A stretch of 64,000 bases of DNA from a virus: IMG/VR virus record IMGVR_UViG_3300032242_001694. One strand, 5' to 3'. Of the stretch, positions 30,148-40,164 are shown piece after piece; within the stretch, counting starts at the first letter, position 1, and each line of letters starts with the position of its first letter. A program made the translations under genes and the position numbers. The notes under the pieces are model-generated. The model had not been told where the DNA came from, searched no databases, and saw nothing but the letters and a program-made list of their open reading frames with translations.

Positions 30148-30426
30148 TTAGATGATGATGGATGACTCGTTAAGTAGTACAGCAGAAGACTGTGTCTGTG
30201 AGTTAACTCGCTCAGCTAGCTGAGTATAGCCTCCGATATGGAAGCCATCAACGACTACGACTGGATAAGACTTGGCATTAGGATACTTGGAGAGTAAGAT
30301 CTCGCGAGTGAAGTCGCGATCTAGTTTTTGCTCGTTGAACGCGATGTTCATAGTATTTAGCAACTGCTTTGCGCGGCTGCAGTACGGACAATTGTCCTTG
30401 GTGTATATTTCCACATGTCCAATCAT
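30148..30426 (-). CDS. nrdC: Glutaredoxin
   Basis: CPYC, YP.V, IGGY; promoter TTGACA at 30457-30462. Confidence 0.88.
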   Translation of the reverse strand: MIGHVEIYTKDNCPYCSRAKQLLNTMNIAFNEQKLDRDFTREILLSKYPNAKSYPVVVVDGFHIGGYTQLAERVNSQTQSSAVLLNESSIII

Positions 30427-30534
30427 AGTCCTATTATAACCTCTCTTGCCAATATTTGTCAACATCTATTTTAGATTCCGGATCATATCCGTGCATTACC
30501 ATATCAATGCTTATCAAATGTTCTAGTAACATAT

Positions 30535-31734
30535 TCACCTCAAGCTAAGTTGCTGGTCCTTCAGACCTTTTTCATATTTATTAAGCTTATCTAAGTAGCC
30601 TCTATTGCGAAGCTCTTTGAATATCAGGTTCTCAAACGAGAACTCGCCGCCGCGAGCAATCGCGCCAGCTCTCATGTCTGACATCTTTCTCTTGAGATCT
30701 TTAACGGTCTTCTCATCCATCTTATTCTTGATGATGTCGTCGATCATCTTCTTATAGAACAATACCTTGCGCTTTAAGTTGATGTCGTTCGTAAAATCGT
30801 AACCGCCGTGTTCTGGACGCTGGATCCACTCGTCTCTCTTGAGAGAGTACACTCCTTGGCCTTGCTGATAGGGTTGATCTGTTCCCTGAGCGTATGGTTC
30901 GAGTGAGTAACCGTAGATGGATACCTTGTGTGTGAGGGTCCATAAGGTCTTCTTAGACTGGAGATATTCATCTACTAAAGCTCTGTCTGGATTGATCTTG
31001 TTTCTGTCGAGTACCAAGTGTACGTCGATGTCTGAGTTGGGAGTGTAGTTAAAGTTGCAGTTACCACCAATCATGATAATGTCTTGCACGATGTCCATTG
31101 GCAGTCTAGCAAAGTCTCCCCAGCTCTTGGCGAACTCGATCAGCTTGTCTCTAACTTCAGGCTTAAGCTGCCAGTTGTTCCACAGCTTTGGATTAAGCTC
31201 ATTGTGGTACTCAAGACTGATCTTGGTTTCTTGAAGACTCTCCATCTTCATGGCAAGTCTGTCTGAGCCCTTCTCGTCTTTATACGGAGTTAGATCTAAG
31301 TCGGAAGGTGTCTTTTTTAACTTTTCATGTTCAATATGCTTTATGAACGGCTTCAGATAGTCTTGGTATGAAGCGTAGTCGATGCCGGCTTTGGTAACTG
31401 CCTGATGCTCAAAGTGCATGGCAATCTTATTGGCTATCTGGTAGTGATAGTTGTAGAGGTCAATTAAAGACTTCTCTACGATCTCATGTAGCTTGAGAAA
31501 GCGCGTTAGGTCGATGCCCTTGTACTTGGGATCAAAGTCGCGATCGCAGTAGATCTTTTTAGCATCTTTGCTATAACCACAGAGGAATGGAATGTCGAAC
31601 CCGCGATCTACTGGTGTTGAGTGGATCTTAGCAATTCTAGCTTTAAACTTAGGATTAACCTGAAGAGTCTGAGCAATATCAGACTCTCTCTTTGTAAGCT
31701 TTGGAACTGATCTAAGTCTGCCGAACTTTGCCAT
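30535..31734 (-). CDS. Two-domain protein with C-terminal Pol-beta-type nucleotidyltransferase
   Basis: GGNCNFNY..NSDIDVHL motif; late-like CATAAATA at 31762-31769. Confidence 0.7.
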   Translation of the reverse strand: MAKFGRLRSVPKLTKRESDIAQTLQVNPKFKARIAKIHSTPVDRGFDIPFLCGYSKDAKKIYCDRDFDPKYKGIDLTRFLKLHEIVEKSLIDLYNYHYQIANKIAMHFEHQAVTKAGIDYASYQDYLKPFIKHIEHEKLKKTPSDLDLTPYKDEKGSDRLAMKMESLQETKISLEYHNELNPKLWNNWQLKPEVRDKLIEFAKSWGDFARLPMDIVQDIIMIGGNCNFNYTPNSDIDVHLVLDRNKINPDRALVDEYLQSKKTLWTLTHKVSIYGYSLEPYAQGTDQPYQQGQGVYSLKRDEWIQRPEHGGYDFTNDINLKRKVLFYKKMIDDIIKNKMDEKTVKDLKRKMSDMRAGAIARGGEFSFENLIFKELRNRGYLDKLNKYEKGLKDQQLSLR

Positions 31735-31786
31735 TTAACAACCCATCTATTTGATTTTGTATATTTATGGCGTAATCTTGCTTACA

Positions 31787-32455
31787 TTATCGCTTGTATA
31801 GATCTTCTGTGTGGCTTACCAGCTCAGCGTCTTCTACGCTCTGGAAGTTATAGCGATCGTATGGATCTACGTTAGTCTTACCGACTGGCATAACGTTGAA
31901 AGCAATTACAGTTCTTGGATCTTCGTTCCTGTTTCTATCAGTGGTGTGCTCAAGCCAACCAGGAAACATCAGCAGCGATCCTTCTTCAAACGGAATCATG
32001 AAGTCGTTGTAGAATTTAGTAGCGCTGTTGTCGATTCTAGCTGGACTAATAACCCTGTGATAGTTATGAGGTGAGTAAAACCTAGTACCTGACGAGTTAT
32101 CGTTGCCGTCTAGGTAGTACACCCCAGCCAAGAACGTATTGAAGTGCATGTGGCGGTGATGGTTGCCGCCTTTAGGCTGTCTGGTCGACCACATAGAAGT
32201 GATCTCAAAGCTAGGAACAAATCCCATATCCACAAAAGCCTCGGATATCTTCAAGTTAAAGAAGCTAACAAGTGGGTTGAACAGATCTTCTTTATGGAGA
32301 TTAGGATGGCTGAGCTGGAGTACCTGCGGGTTTCTACTATTCTTAGAATAGATCTCTTCCCTCTTACAGAACTCCAGCAAAGCTTCTTTATACTCGGCGT
32401 GCTCTTCAAAGTTATCTCTGTAGACCGGAACGCCAAATAGTTCTCTGTTCATCAT
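31787..32455 (-). CDS. 2OG-Fe(II) oxygenase (TIGR02466-like)
   Basis: H.H...LAGVYYL ... FP.WL.H ... R..IAFN. Confidence 0.82.
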   Translation of the reverse strand: MMNRELFGVPVYRDNFEEHAEYKEALLEFCKREEIYSKNSRNPQVLQLSHPNLHKEDLFNPLVSFFNLKISEAFVDMGFVPSFEITSMWSTRQPKGGNHHRHMHFNTFLAGVYYLDGNDNSSGTRFYSPHNYHRVISPARIDNSATKFYNDFMIPFEEGSLLMFPGWLEHTTDRNRNEDPRTVIAFNVMPVGKTNVDPYDRYNFQSVEDAELVSHTEDLYKR

Positions 32456-32465
32456 GGTGTATACC

Positions 32466-32939
32466 TCAAGCTGCTAGGATGTCTTTTAATCTGTCTGCTG
32501 CGTATGAAGCAGCGAATGCGTTAGGCTTAATAAGTGGAATGACGTTACACATGCCGCGTACGTAGCCAACTGCCTGAGTAGCCACGCAAGAAGAGCCGTG
32601 CATAACGTCTGGATTGATGTCGAGATGAACTTCAAAGTGGCGATCACCAACGCAGTCAGCCAAGTCGAGATACAGCTGAGCAGCCTTCATCACTTCGTTC
32701 ATGAGACGCATGGATGGCCTGTCTTTTTTCTGGTCATAGTCGCGCTCTGTGACTACCTCGCCAAAGACCTTGCAACCACGGCACCCGTCGTGATGAATCA
32801 CCACCGCGACTGTGTAGTCGGCGTACCACAGGCCTTTGCGGTTGTGGCGCTCGGAGTCTGCTCCGATGTAGATTCTAGTAGTTTCGCTGGTATTTCTAAT
32901 GAAGTTCTTAACTTCTTCTAAGTCCATCTGCTTATGCAT
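32466..32939 (-). CDS. YkuK-family RNase H-like protein
   Basis: IYIGADS, RL..EV, EVHLDIN, KP.AFAAS.AAD. Confidence 0.8.
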   Translation of the reverse strand: MHKQMDLEEVKNFIRNTSETTRIYIGADSERHNRKGLWYADYTVAVVIHHDGCRGCKVFGEVVTERDYDQKKDRPSMRLMNEVMKAAQLYLDLADCVGDRHFEVHLDINPDVMHGSSCVATQAVGYVRGMCNVIPLIKPNAFAASYAADRLKDILAA

Positions 32940-32946
32940 AGTATTC

Positions 32947-33357
32947 TCACTTAGGTAGGTGTGATCGCTGTACCTTTACGCTGATCCATTGGTTATAATA
33001 ATCATCTCGGTGCAAAATGTCAACCGCAAACTGGGCGTGTGCTTCATAGTAACTACACTCACCCTTCTTGGTACAGAATCGCGTAATCTCTCTCTTAAAG
33101 TTGTATACCCCTTGAGAGGCAACGTCTTCAGCCAGTTCTCTATTGGAACCGTAATAATCTTTCCAGTCTGATTCAACGAGTGATCTCTTCTTTTTGCCCT
33201 TGACCACTTTGGTCTTGGTTCTCTTGAGAAGTTTCTTGCCAATATATTTCTTATTATTAGTGAGGTTCGTGATTAGATACACGAACCCCAAGTAGTTCTC
33301 TAATACTTCAGAATCGACAACCTGCCCGTTATAGAGCCAGGGATTGTCGTATGACAT
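32947..33357 (-). CDS. GIY-YIG nuclease-family protein
   Basis: GFVYLITN....KYIGKK, YYGS. Confidence 0.8.
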   Translation of the reverse strand: MSYDNPWLYNGQVVDSEVLENYLGFVYLITNLTNNKKYIGKKLLKRTKTKVVKGKKKRSLVESDWKDYYGSNRELAEDVASQGVYNFKREITRFCTKKGECSYYEAHAQFAVDILHRDDYYNQWISVKVQRSHLPK

Positions 33358-33623
33358 TACTCGTCCTCTTCTTCAATATCTTCTTCGTCTTCGTCGATCC
33401 ACTCATCTTCTTCCTCTTCTTCAACCTCAAAGTTGATGTCATCGAGGGCAGCGTCAAATGCTGAGTCTTCTCCGTAGCACTCATCAAGCGAGTCACAGTC
33501 TCTATCTTGAAAAGCTTCGATGAGAACTGAGTATACTTCTTCTCTGATAAGATCATCGTGAATTCTGTCTTTGAGCTCATCGATGATGTCGCTCATTAAA
33601 CTGGATCCTATTTTCCAACTCAT
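33357..33623 (-). CDS. Acidic hypothetical protein
   Basis: ORF with an Asp/Glu-rich tail. Confidence 0.6.
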   Translation of the reverse strand: MSWKIGSSLMSDIIDELKDRIHDDLIREEVYSVLIEAFQDRDCDSLDECYGEDSAFDAALDDINFEVEEEEEDEWIDEDEEDIEEEDE

Positions 33624-33626
33624 GTC

Positions 33627-34430
33627 TTACTCCTTACATTGCTTCTTTTTATCGGCCGCGATTGTTTTAAGATCAGCCGCTGGTACTGGATTCTTAGCTG
33701 TCTTTGAATCCGGTACAGGGAATGTAATACCACTTGCTTTTTCAACATCTGCGACAGTTACTTGATATTTAGTAAAGTCTGAGTCAAGACCATCCCTGTG
33801 TGGGAATAAAAATGCATAAGTCTTCTTGGTGGTGTTATCAGTCACGATCTTGAATAGGGCATCAGGCACCACTACTTTGTCTTCTCCAATGGTTTTAGAA
33901 CTAGACGAGTAGACGTTGCCGGCATAGATCGTATGAGCATGCTTAGTCTGGTAGACCCAAGCTCTTGCAGCTGACTCAAGATTCTTCCAAGTACCGCGAT
34001 TGACTGATGGGAGCTGTGGACTCATGTTTGACATGTAGAACGACTCGTGTTCTACCTGATCATCCCACGACATATCAGCGTCGTTTGCTAGATGGCCTTG
34101 ATCGTATCCAGAATGGGCGTAATCATTGGGTGTTGACCTAGCGGCTGCAGGAAGTGATTGATCAGTAGCAAAAGCATTAGTACGAGCGACACAACCAATA
34201 GCGTGATCGGGAGTAAGAGTCCAAGCCACCCAGTTAGGAATCTTGGCCACAGGATCGTGCTCAAGTATGTAAGCACTGCGACAGATAACAGGATGGTTAG
34301 CAATGGTTGTTGGAGTTCCATATGGCACCTGAATTAAGCACGAAGCTACTGGCTTTGGTGGTTGCTGTTCTGCAGCAAATACTGTAGTTGTTAGTAATAG
34401 ACTATAGAGTAAAACCCTTAAACGACTCAT
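33627..34430 (-). CDS. Secreted DNA/RNA non-specific endonuclease (NucA/Serratia family)
   Basis: YDQGHL, MSNMSPQ...NRG.W..LE; signal peptide MSRLRVLLYSLLLTTTVFA. Confidence 0.87.
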   Translation of the reverse strand: MSRLRVLLYSLLLTTTVFAAEQQPPKPVASCLIQVPYGTPTTIANHPVICRSAYILEHDPVAKIPNWVAWTLTPDHAIGCVARTNAFATDQSLPAAARSTPNDYAHSGYDQGHLANDADMSWDDQVEHESFYMSNMSPQLPSVNRGTWKNLESAARAWVYQTKHAHTIYAGNVYSSSSKTIGEDKVVVPDALFKIVTDNTTKKTYAFLFPHRDGLDSDFTKYQVTVADVEKASGITFPVPDSKTAKNPVPAADLKTIAADKKKQCKE

Positions 34431-35496
34431 CGGATACATCCTTCTTTACACCACCAATAATGTAGCTGGTGATCTCGGTTTCTTGTGGAGCAACCTGAAC
34501 CTCCGCGCCGCTGATCCATTTCTGAGTCCATGGCAGAGGGTTTGATCCATTCTTATATATAGGAGTCAATCCAACTGCAGTCATACGCTTGTTGCAGATC
34601 CACTCTACGTACTCGTTGAGAAGTGTCTCGTTGAGACCAATCATCGATCCATCTTTAAACAAGTAGTGAGCCCAAGCCTTTTCCTGCTCAGCTGCATCCT
34701 TAAACATCTTGATGCACTCGTCTTTGGTCTCTTCGCGAATCTTAGCGAAGTCAGGATCGTCAGTTACGAGTACTTTAAGCAGCTGCTGAGTACCAGCGAG
34801 ATGCAGGTTCTCATCACGTGCGATCAACTTAATGATTTTAGCGTTGCCTTCCATCTTCTTCAACTCAGCGAATGCCCAAGAGCAAGCAAAGCTGACGTAG
34901 AAGCGAACGCCTTCAAGAATGTTGACCGACATGAGCGTAAGCCACAATAGCTTCTTATGTTCGTATTCATCATAGAGAATACGAACGTTTTGTTCTCTCT
35001 TGTTGTTAAGAGAAATCAACTCATCGTAGTATTTGCTAATATCACCAGCACAGTCTACGATTTCTTGCATATCCAAGATTCCATCAAAGACTTCCGATGG
35101 ATTTGCATATATGTTTCGTATGATATGCGTGTACGATCTACTATGAATGCTTTCTGAGAATGCCCAAGTGAGGATCCAGTTCTCGAGTTCAGGAAGCGAA
35201 CAAATAGGTCCAAATGCCACGGTTGGGGCTCGACCTTGCACAGAGTCAAGAAGGATTTGACGCTTAAGGTTTGATGTGAAGATGTGCTGCTCATGCTCCG
35301 TCAATCCCTTGAAGTCTTTAGCGTCGCGATAGATGTCGATCTCTTCTGGACGCCAGAAGAACCCGAGCTGCTGAGTTGTCAGCTTCTCAAGGAACGGGTA
35401 CTTCTGCTTGTCGTAGCGAGCAATGGTTGGCGGATCATCAAAGAATGCATGCACCTTCGTTGGATCTTTACGGTTAGTTGAATCAAATACACTCAC
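34402..35496 (-). CDS. nrdB: Ribonucleotide reductase class Ia beta subunit
   Basis: FFWRPEE, ESIHSRSY, LEGVRFYVSF, DENLH, VAPQE.E. Confidence 0.97.
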   Translation of the reverse strand: MSVFDSTNRKDPTKVHAFFDDPPTIARYDKQKYPFLEKLTTQQLGFFWRPEEIDIYRDAKDFKGLTEHEQHIFTSNLKRQILLDSVQGRAPTVAFGPICSLPELENWILTWAFSESIHSRSYTHIIRNIYANPSEVFDGILDMQEIVDCAGDISKYYDELISLNNKREQNVRILYDEYEHKKLLWLTLMSVNILEGVRFYVSFACSWAFAELKKMEGNAKIIKLIARDENLHLAGTQQLLKVLVTDDPDFAKIREETKDECIKMFKDAAEQEKAWAHYLFKDGSMIGLNETLLNEYVEWICNKRMTAVGLTPIYKNGSNPLPWTQKWISGAEVQVAPQETEITSYIIGGVKKDVSDESFKGFTL

Positions 35497-35959
35497 AGCA
35501 CACTTCTTTCTTTTAGTTCATCTACTTCTGTATAGAGTTCCATTGGTACAATCCATTTGTACCAGTCTTTAATCGGCTTATCTTTATCCCTGACCATCAC
35601 TGCTAGCAGTGGCTGAAACGTTTCCATGTTTACTGTGCGACCCCAAGTGATAATATCTTCGGGAGCTACACCTCTAAAAGCGTTTTCAGCTTCTTCTTTG
35701 TTTTGACAATAATGAAAGATTGCGTCGTCAACATACGACGTCGACATTGGTCGCTCAATAATTTTCATGCAGCTTTTCTCCACAGGTGTTTCTTTTCATA
35801 ATCAATATAGCCTTCAGGTACGTTATAAAGCTTTTTAGTCTCACACTCATATAGAGCTGGAGTAAGGTCCGGCTTTACGTGTACAATAATGTAGTCATCC
35901 AAACGGTTAATCCTATCAAACAATTGCTCGTGTGTTAGCATCGGGTTTAGATCTTGCAT
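35493..35959 (-). CDS. Two small hypothetical genes between nrdA and nrdB (35493-35768, 35765-35959)
   Basis: ORF track; overlapping stop/start. Confidence 0.5.
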
Positions 35960-38238
35960 GCTTCGCAGTCCTCGTCGTCTGTTTCACCAATGGCGAGTGG
36001 AGTACCAACTTCCAACTCACCGGCTCCGTCGTTCGTGTTAAAGTAGTAAAGTTGCTTACCTCCATACTTATAGAACATTAACAGGTGTTGAAGCATAGTC
36101 GACAGGGGGATCTGTTCTTCTGGATAGAACTTAGGATTGTAGCTGGTGTTTACCGAGATACCCTGATCGATAAACTTCTGCAGGACTGCGCAGATCTTGA
36201 GATAGCCCTCGGGCGACTTTTGGTCCCAAAGTAGATCGTACTTCTTCTTAAGCTTTCTGACTTCTGGAACAACCTGCTTGAGAACGCCGTCTTTACTCTG
36301 CTTAACAGAGACCAGAGATCTCGGAGGCTCAATGCCATTGGTTGAGTTACTGATCTGAGCAGAGGTTTCCGCTGGCATGAGAGCCATAAGCGTGGAATTA
36401 CGGGTGCCATAAGTCTGAGCCTTTGTTCTAAGTGACTCCCAATCCATCTTATAGACTGGAGCTACGAGCTCGTCTACTTCTTTCTTATAGGTGTCGATCG
36501 GGAACTGACCGTGGTAGTACTTGGTCTCATTGGCTTTCGAGATCATGCCCTTCTCTTCTGCCAAGTCGATCGATGCCTTGATAAGGTAGTACGACCATGC
36601 CTCGGCATACTCATGTAGTTTTACTAGTCCATCATGATCAATTGACTGATAGCTAATATCATTGCGAGCCAACCAATAAGCGAGGTTAATAATACCGACA
36701 CCAAGAGGTCTTCTGGCCATAGTGGAGTTTCTGGCAGCAAGAACTGGATAATCTTGATAATCAAGTAACTCGTCCAAAGCACGAACAATAAGAGTACAAG
36801 GCTTTGCAAAGTCATTAGGATCACGGATCTTACCCCAGTTAATAGCAGCCAGAGTGCAGAGCGAGATCTCTCCGTCTGGATCATGCAGGTCGTTGAGTGG
36901 CTTGGTTGGTAGGTCAATTTCAGAGCATAGGTTAGACTGGCGAATAGGAGCCAACTCTTTAACAAAGGCTCCATGGTCATTCGCATGGTCAACGTTCATC
37001 AGATAGATTCGACCAGTATTCTTTCTCTCTTCCATGAAAGCAGAGAAGACGTCTATCGCGGGAAGCGACTTCTTGCGGATTTTTGTAGAGCGCTCAGCTT
37101 TTTCGTAAAGCTCACGGAACTTATCTGTGTTGGTGAAAAACGACTCATACAAGTCAGGAACATCTGACGGCGAGAAAAGTGTAATCTGTCCGCCAGAAAG
37201 CAACCTTTCGTACATAACTTTATTGAATTGGACTCCATAGTCAAGGTGTCTGACACGATTATCCTCCGTTCCTTTATTATTCTTTAATACCAAAAGCTCT
37301 TCTACTTCGAGGTGCCAAATAGGATAGTAAAGAGTCGCCGCGCCTCCGCGTACTCCTCCTTGAGAGCAGCTTTTAACGGCAGACTGGAAATGCTTATAGA
37401 ACGGAACAACGCCGGTATGAGACGCATCACCGCTCCTGATAGGAGAACCAATAGCGCGAATGGACCCAGCACCAATCCCAATACCAGCTTTTTGGCTAAC
37501 GTACTTAACGATTGCGGAGCTAGTTGCATTGATTGAGTCAAGCGAGTCTGCAGTCTCAATAAGAACACATGAACTGAACTGCTTTTGAGGAGTACGTAGA
37601 CCTGCCATGATAGGAGTTGGAAGCGAAATTTCGAAATTAGATACTGCATCGTAAAAGTCTTTTACCCACTTTAGTCTGTCTTCTTTATAGTTTCTAAACA
37701 ACACCATCGCGATAAGCATAAAAGCCATCTGGGGTGTCTCATAGTACTTATTAGCTACTCTATTCTTTACAAGATACTTGCCCCGAAACTGTTCCATCCC
37801 AGCATAAGTAAGGTTAAAATCGCGTTTATGGTCCAGAGAACTATTAAGATATTCAAGAGATTGATCATCGTACCAGACAAGAATGTTCGGGTCGTAGTAT
37901 CCTGCTGATACGACTTTTCTAATATGATTACCAAGAGAATCAGGATTAAAATTTCCATATACTTCTTTCCTCAGATTATAATTGATAAGATTACCAGCAA
38001 CATACTGATAATTAGGAGTATCTTCGCCGATAAGCTCAGCGGCAGCCTTGATAAGGGTCTCTTGGATCTCGGTAGTCTTAATACCGTTGTAGAACTGTAT
38101 GTGAGAGTTTAGCTCAATCTGAGACTCAGAAACACCGTTGATATTCTCACATGCCCATGCGACGACTTTATGAAACTTATTGAGGTTTAGTAACTCTTTT
38201 GAACCATCCCTCTTTACTACCTGAATCGTCGCCATCAT
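35947..38238 (-). CDS. nrdA: Ribonucleotide reductase class Ia alpha subunit
   Basis: ATP-cone VVKRDG, SSCVLI, SNLCSEI, C-terminal CEAC. Confidence 0.97.
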   Translation of the reverse strand: MMATIQVVKRDGSKELLNLNKFHKVVAWACENINGVSESQIELNSHIQFYNGIKTTEIQETLIKAAAELIGEDTPNYQYVAGNLINYNLRKEVYGNFNPDSLGNHIRKVVSAGYYDPNILVWYDDQSLEYLNSSLDHKRDFNLTYAGMEQFRGKYLVKNRVANKYYETPQMAFMLIAMVLFRNYKEDRLKWVKDFYDAVSNFEISLPTPIMAGLRTPQKQFSSCVLIETADSLDSINATSSAIVKYVSQKAGIGIGAGSIRAIGSPIRSGDASHTGVVPFYKHFQSAVKSCSQGGVRGGAATLYYPIWHLEVEELLVLKNNKGTEDNRVRHLDYGVQFNKVMYERLLSGGQITLFSPSDVPDLYESFFTNTDKFRELYEKAERSTKIRKKSLPAIDVFSAFMEERKNTGRIYLMNVDHANDHGAFVKELAPIRQSNLCSEIDLPTKPLNDLHDPDGEISLCTLAAINWGKIRDPNDFAKPCTLIVRALDELLDYQDYPVLAARNSTMARRPLGVGIINLAYWLARNDISYQSIDHDGLVKLHEYAEAWSYYLIKASIDLAEEKGMISKANETKYYHGQFPIDTYKKEVDELVAPVYKMDWESLRTKAQTYGTRNSTLMALMPAETSAQISNSTNGIEPPRSLVSVKQSKDGVLKQVVPEVRKLKKKYDLLWDQKSPEGYLKICAVLQKFIDQGISVNTSYNPKFYPEEQIPLSTMLQHLLMFYKYGGKQLYYFNTNDGAGELEVGTPLAIGETDDEDCEACKI

Positions 38239-39250
38239 TCTTTTCTACTCCTACCATATTTTCTTTAAATGTTTTCCAAACGGCTACCCATGAATACCTA
38301 TCTATAGTATACAAAAAACAAGCATTTCTGTCAACCGTTAAAGAATTCTTAATAGCAACATTTAGATCTTCGTGGATGTAACCGTTAACTCCGTTTACAA
38401 TAATATCAATTGGTCCAGTTACAGGATACGCAGCGACCGGAGTTCCCATCGTTTGAGCTTCTATGTTTACCACTCCAAACGTATCATTCTTGCTTGGAAA
38501 TACAAAACAGTCTGCCGCAGCATATTCCGCCGCAAGCTCTTTACCTACGAGAGCTCCAGTGAATCTTACTTTTGGATACTTTAACTTTAATTCTTTTAAG
38601 TACGGGCCATCACCGACCACAGTAAGATTATATAGGTAAGATGACAGCTGGCAAAAGGCGTCTAGATTCTTTTCTTTGCTAATTCTATTAACTGTCAACA
38701 AGTTTCTTGGCGAGATGAATATGTTTTTATTAGAAGTTAATCTCGGCGGACCAAAGATACTGGTGTCTACTCCTCGAGACCAGCTAATGTGTGTCTTGCC
38801 GATTTTGTGGTCATTCAAATAATCTATCATAGATTGAGAAGTGCAGAAGACGATCTTGTTCTTGTGGAATCTTCTCAGCCAAGAGTTTGTCCAGCTTACC
38901 GGAACGTGTAAGATGCTCTGTAGAAACTCTCCCCACTTGGTATGAAAAGCGGTGGTAAAGTTTAGATTTCTCTTGCTGCAGTAGAACAGAGCTGCGATTC
39001 CCAACACGCCTTCTGTGGCTATGTGGATGAAGTCGGGCTTGAAGTTGTCTATGATCTTGTTAAAGCCGAGTGGTATCGAGATCTTTACGTCTGGATATAT
39101 CCAAGAGCTAAAATTGCGAAAGAGAGAAGGCTCCACGATAAGTACCTCGTACCCATCTCTCTCAGCTTCTTTCTTTATGTTCTTAAGCGTGGTTACTACG
39201 CCGTTGATTGATGGCTCGTAACAGTCTGTAACTATGAGGATCTTTTGCAT
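38177..39250 (-). CDS. GT4 glycosyltransferase, Agt-like diacylglycerol glycosyltransferase
   Basis: KILIVTD...P.INGVVTTL, HIATEG.LG, TT.FHTK, WSRGVD, FVFPS..DTFG.V..EA, PVAAYPV.GP. Confidence 0.8.
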   Translation of the reverse strand: MQKILIVTDCYEPSINGVVTTLKNIKKEAERDGYEVLIVEPSLFRNFSSWIYPDVKISIPLGFNKIIDNFKPDFIHIATEGVLGIAALFYCSKRNLNFTTAFHTKWGEFLQSILHVPVSWTNSWLRRFHKNKIVFCTSQSMIDYLNDHKIGKTHISWSRGVDTSIFGPPRLTSNKNIFISPRNLLTVNRISKEKNLDAFCQLSSYLYNLTVVGDGPYLKELKLKYPKVRFTGALVGKELAAEYAAADCFVFPSKNDTFGVVNIEAQTMGTPVAAYPVTGPIDIIVNGVNGYIHEDLNVAIKNSLTVDRNACFLYTIDRYSWVAVWKTFKENMVGVEKNDGDDSGSKEGWFKRVTKPQ

Positions 39251-39405
39251 TCGGACACAACTTTAAATCTATCAAACTTCAGCTGGTATTCCATAGAGCT
39301 CTTAGCTTTAAGACACTGTTGCTCCGTATCAAATTTTATAGTCACCCATCCGGGTCTGTCTTCTGGGTTATTAACGTGAACCGCTATCAGTATCAGTATC
39401 CACAT
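39232..39405 (-). CDS. Small hypothetical protein
   Basis: MWILILIAV... after GGAGG; overlaps both neighbours. Confidence 0.55.
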   Translation of the reverse strand: MWILILIAVHVNNPEDRPGWVTIKFDTEQQCLKAKSSMEYQLKFDRFKVVSECKRSS

Positions 39406-40147
39406 CGCTCTGCCTCCAATGAATGATTTCAAACTTTCCATCCATAGTCTCAACCAAAGCTGTGCAAGACTCTACCCAGTCACCACAGTTCATGTACTCT
39501 ACATCTTCTATAATAGAAATATTAGCCGAATGAATATGCCCGCAGATAACACCATCAACGTGTTTAATACGAGCGTAATGTGCGAGAGAATGTTCATAGT
39601 TGCCTATAAAGTTTACTGCTTCTTTTACTTTCTGCTTAGCCCACTTAGACAATGACCAATAAGGAAGTCTGAGATAAGATCTAGCCCAGTGCAGTCCCGT
39701 GTTAATATTTAGGAGCAGTGAGTACGCCCAGTCGCCGACATGTGCAAGCCACTTCATATTCATGGTAACTAAGTCAAACTTGTCTCCATGAATGACTACG
39801 TACTTCTTGCCATTTAATGCTTCATAAACGATCTCATCGTGAAGCTCTACACTTCCAAAGTTATGCTCTAGAAATTGACGCATGAACTCGTCGTGATTAC
39901 CCGGAAGATAGATGATCCTCGTGCCTTTGCGAGACAGTCTGAGAATCTTCTGTATTACAGTCGAGTGTTCCTGTGGCCAGTACCAGCCTTTCTTGAGTCT
40001 CCAACCATCAAATATATCTCCAACGAGAAACAAGTTATCACACTCAATATCTTTTAAGAAAGATAGTAAAACTTCAGCTTTGCTTCCTCTAGTACCCAAA
40101 TGTATATCAGAAATAAATATAGACCTGTAATGATTGTTTTCTGTCAT
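39371..40147 (-). CDS. plcP: PlcP-type metallophosphoesterase (phospholipase C; often annotated as LpxH-like)
   Basis: SDIHLG, GDI.DGW, W.WPQ.H, PGNHD (His rather than the Arg of LpxH GNRD), HGD.FD, YWSLSKW.K, CGHIH, N.GDWVESCTA. Confidence 0.8.
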   Translation of the reverse strand: MTENNHYRSIFISDIHLGTRGSKAEVLLSFLKDIECDNLFLVGDIFDGWRLKKGWYWPQEHSTVIQKILRLSRKGTRIIYLPGNHDEFMRQFLEHNFGSVELHDEIVYEALNGKKYVVIHGDKFDLVTMNMKWLAHVGDWAYSLLLNINTGLHWARSYLRLPYWSLSKWAKQKVKEAVNFIGNYEHSLAHYARIKHVDGVICGHIHSANISIIEDVEYMNCGDWVESCTALVETMDGKFEIIHWRQSDVDTDTDSGSR

Positions 40148-40156
40148 GAATTTCTC

Positions 40157-40164
40157 TATAAATA
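40157..40164 (+). promoter_or_regulatory. T4-type late promoter
   Basis: TATAAATA upstream of the only + strand genes. Confidence 0.7.

Noticed and set aside
32947-33357. Mobile homing endonuclease
   Set aside because: Catalytic domain only, with no DNA-binding extension; mobility cannot be supported.
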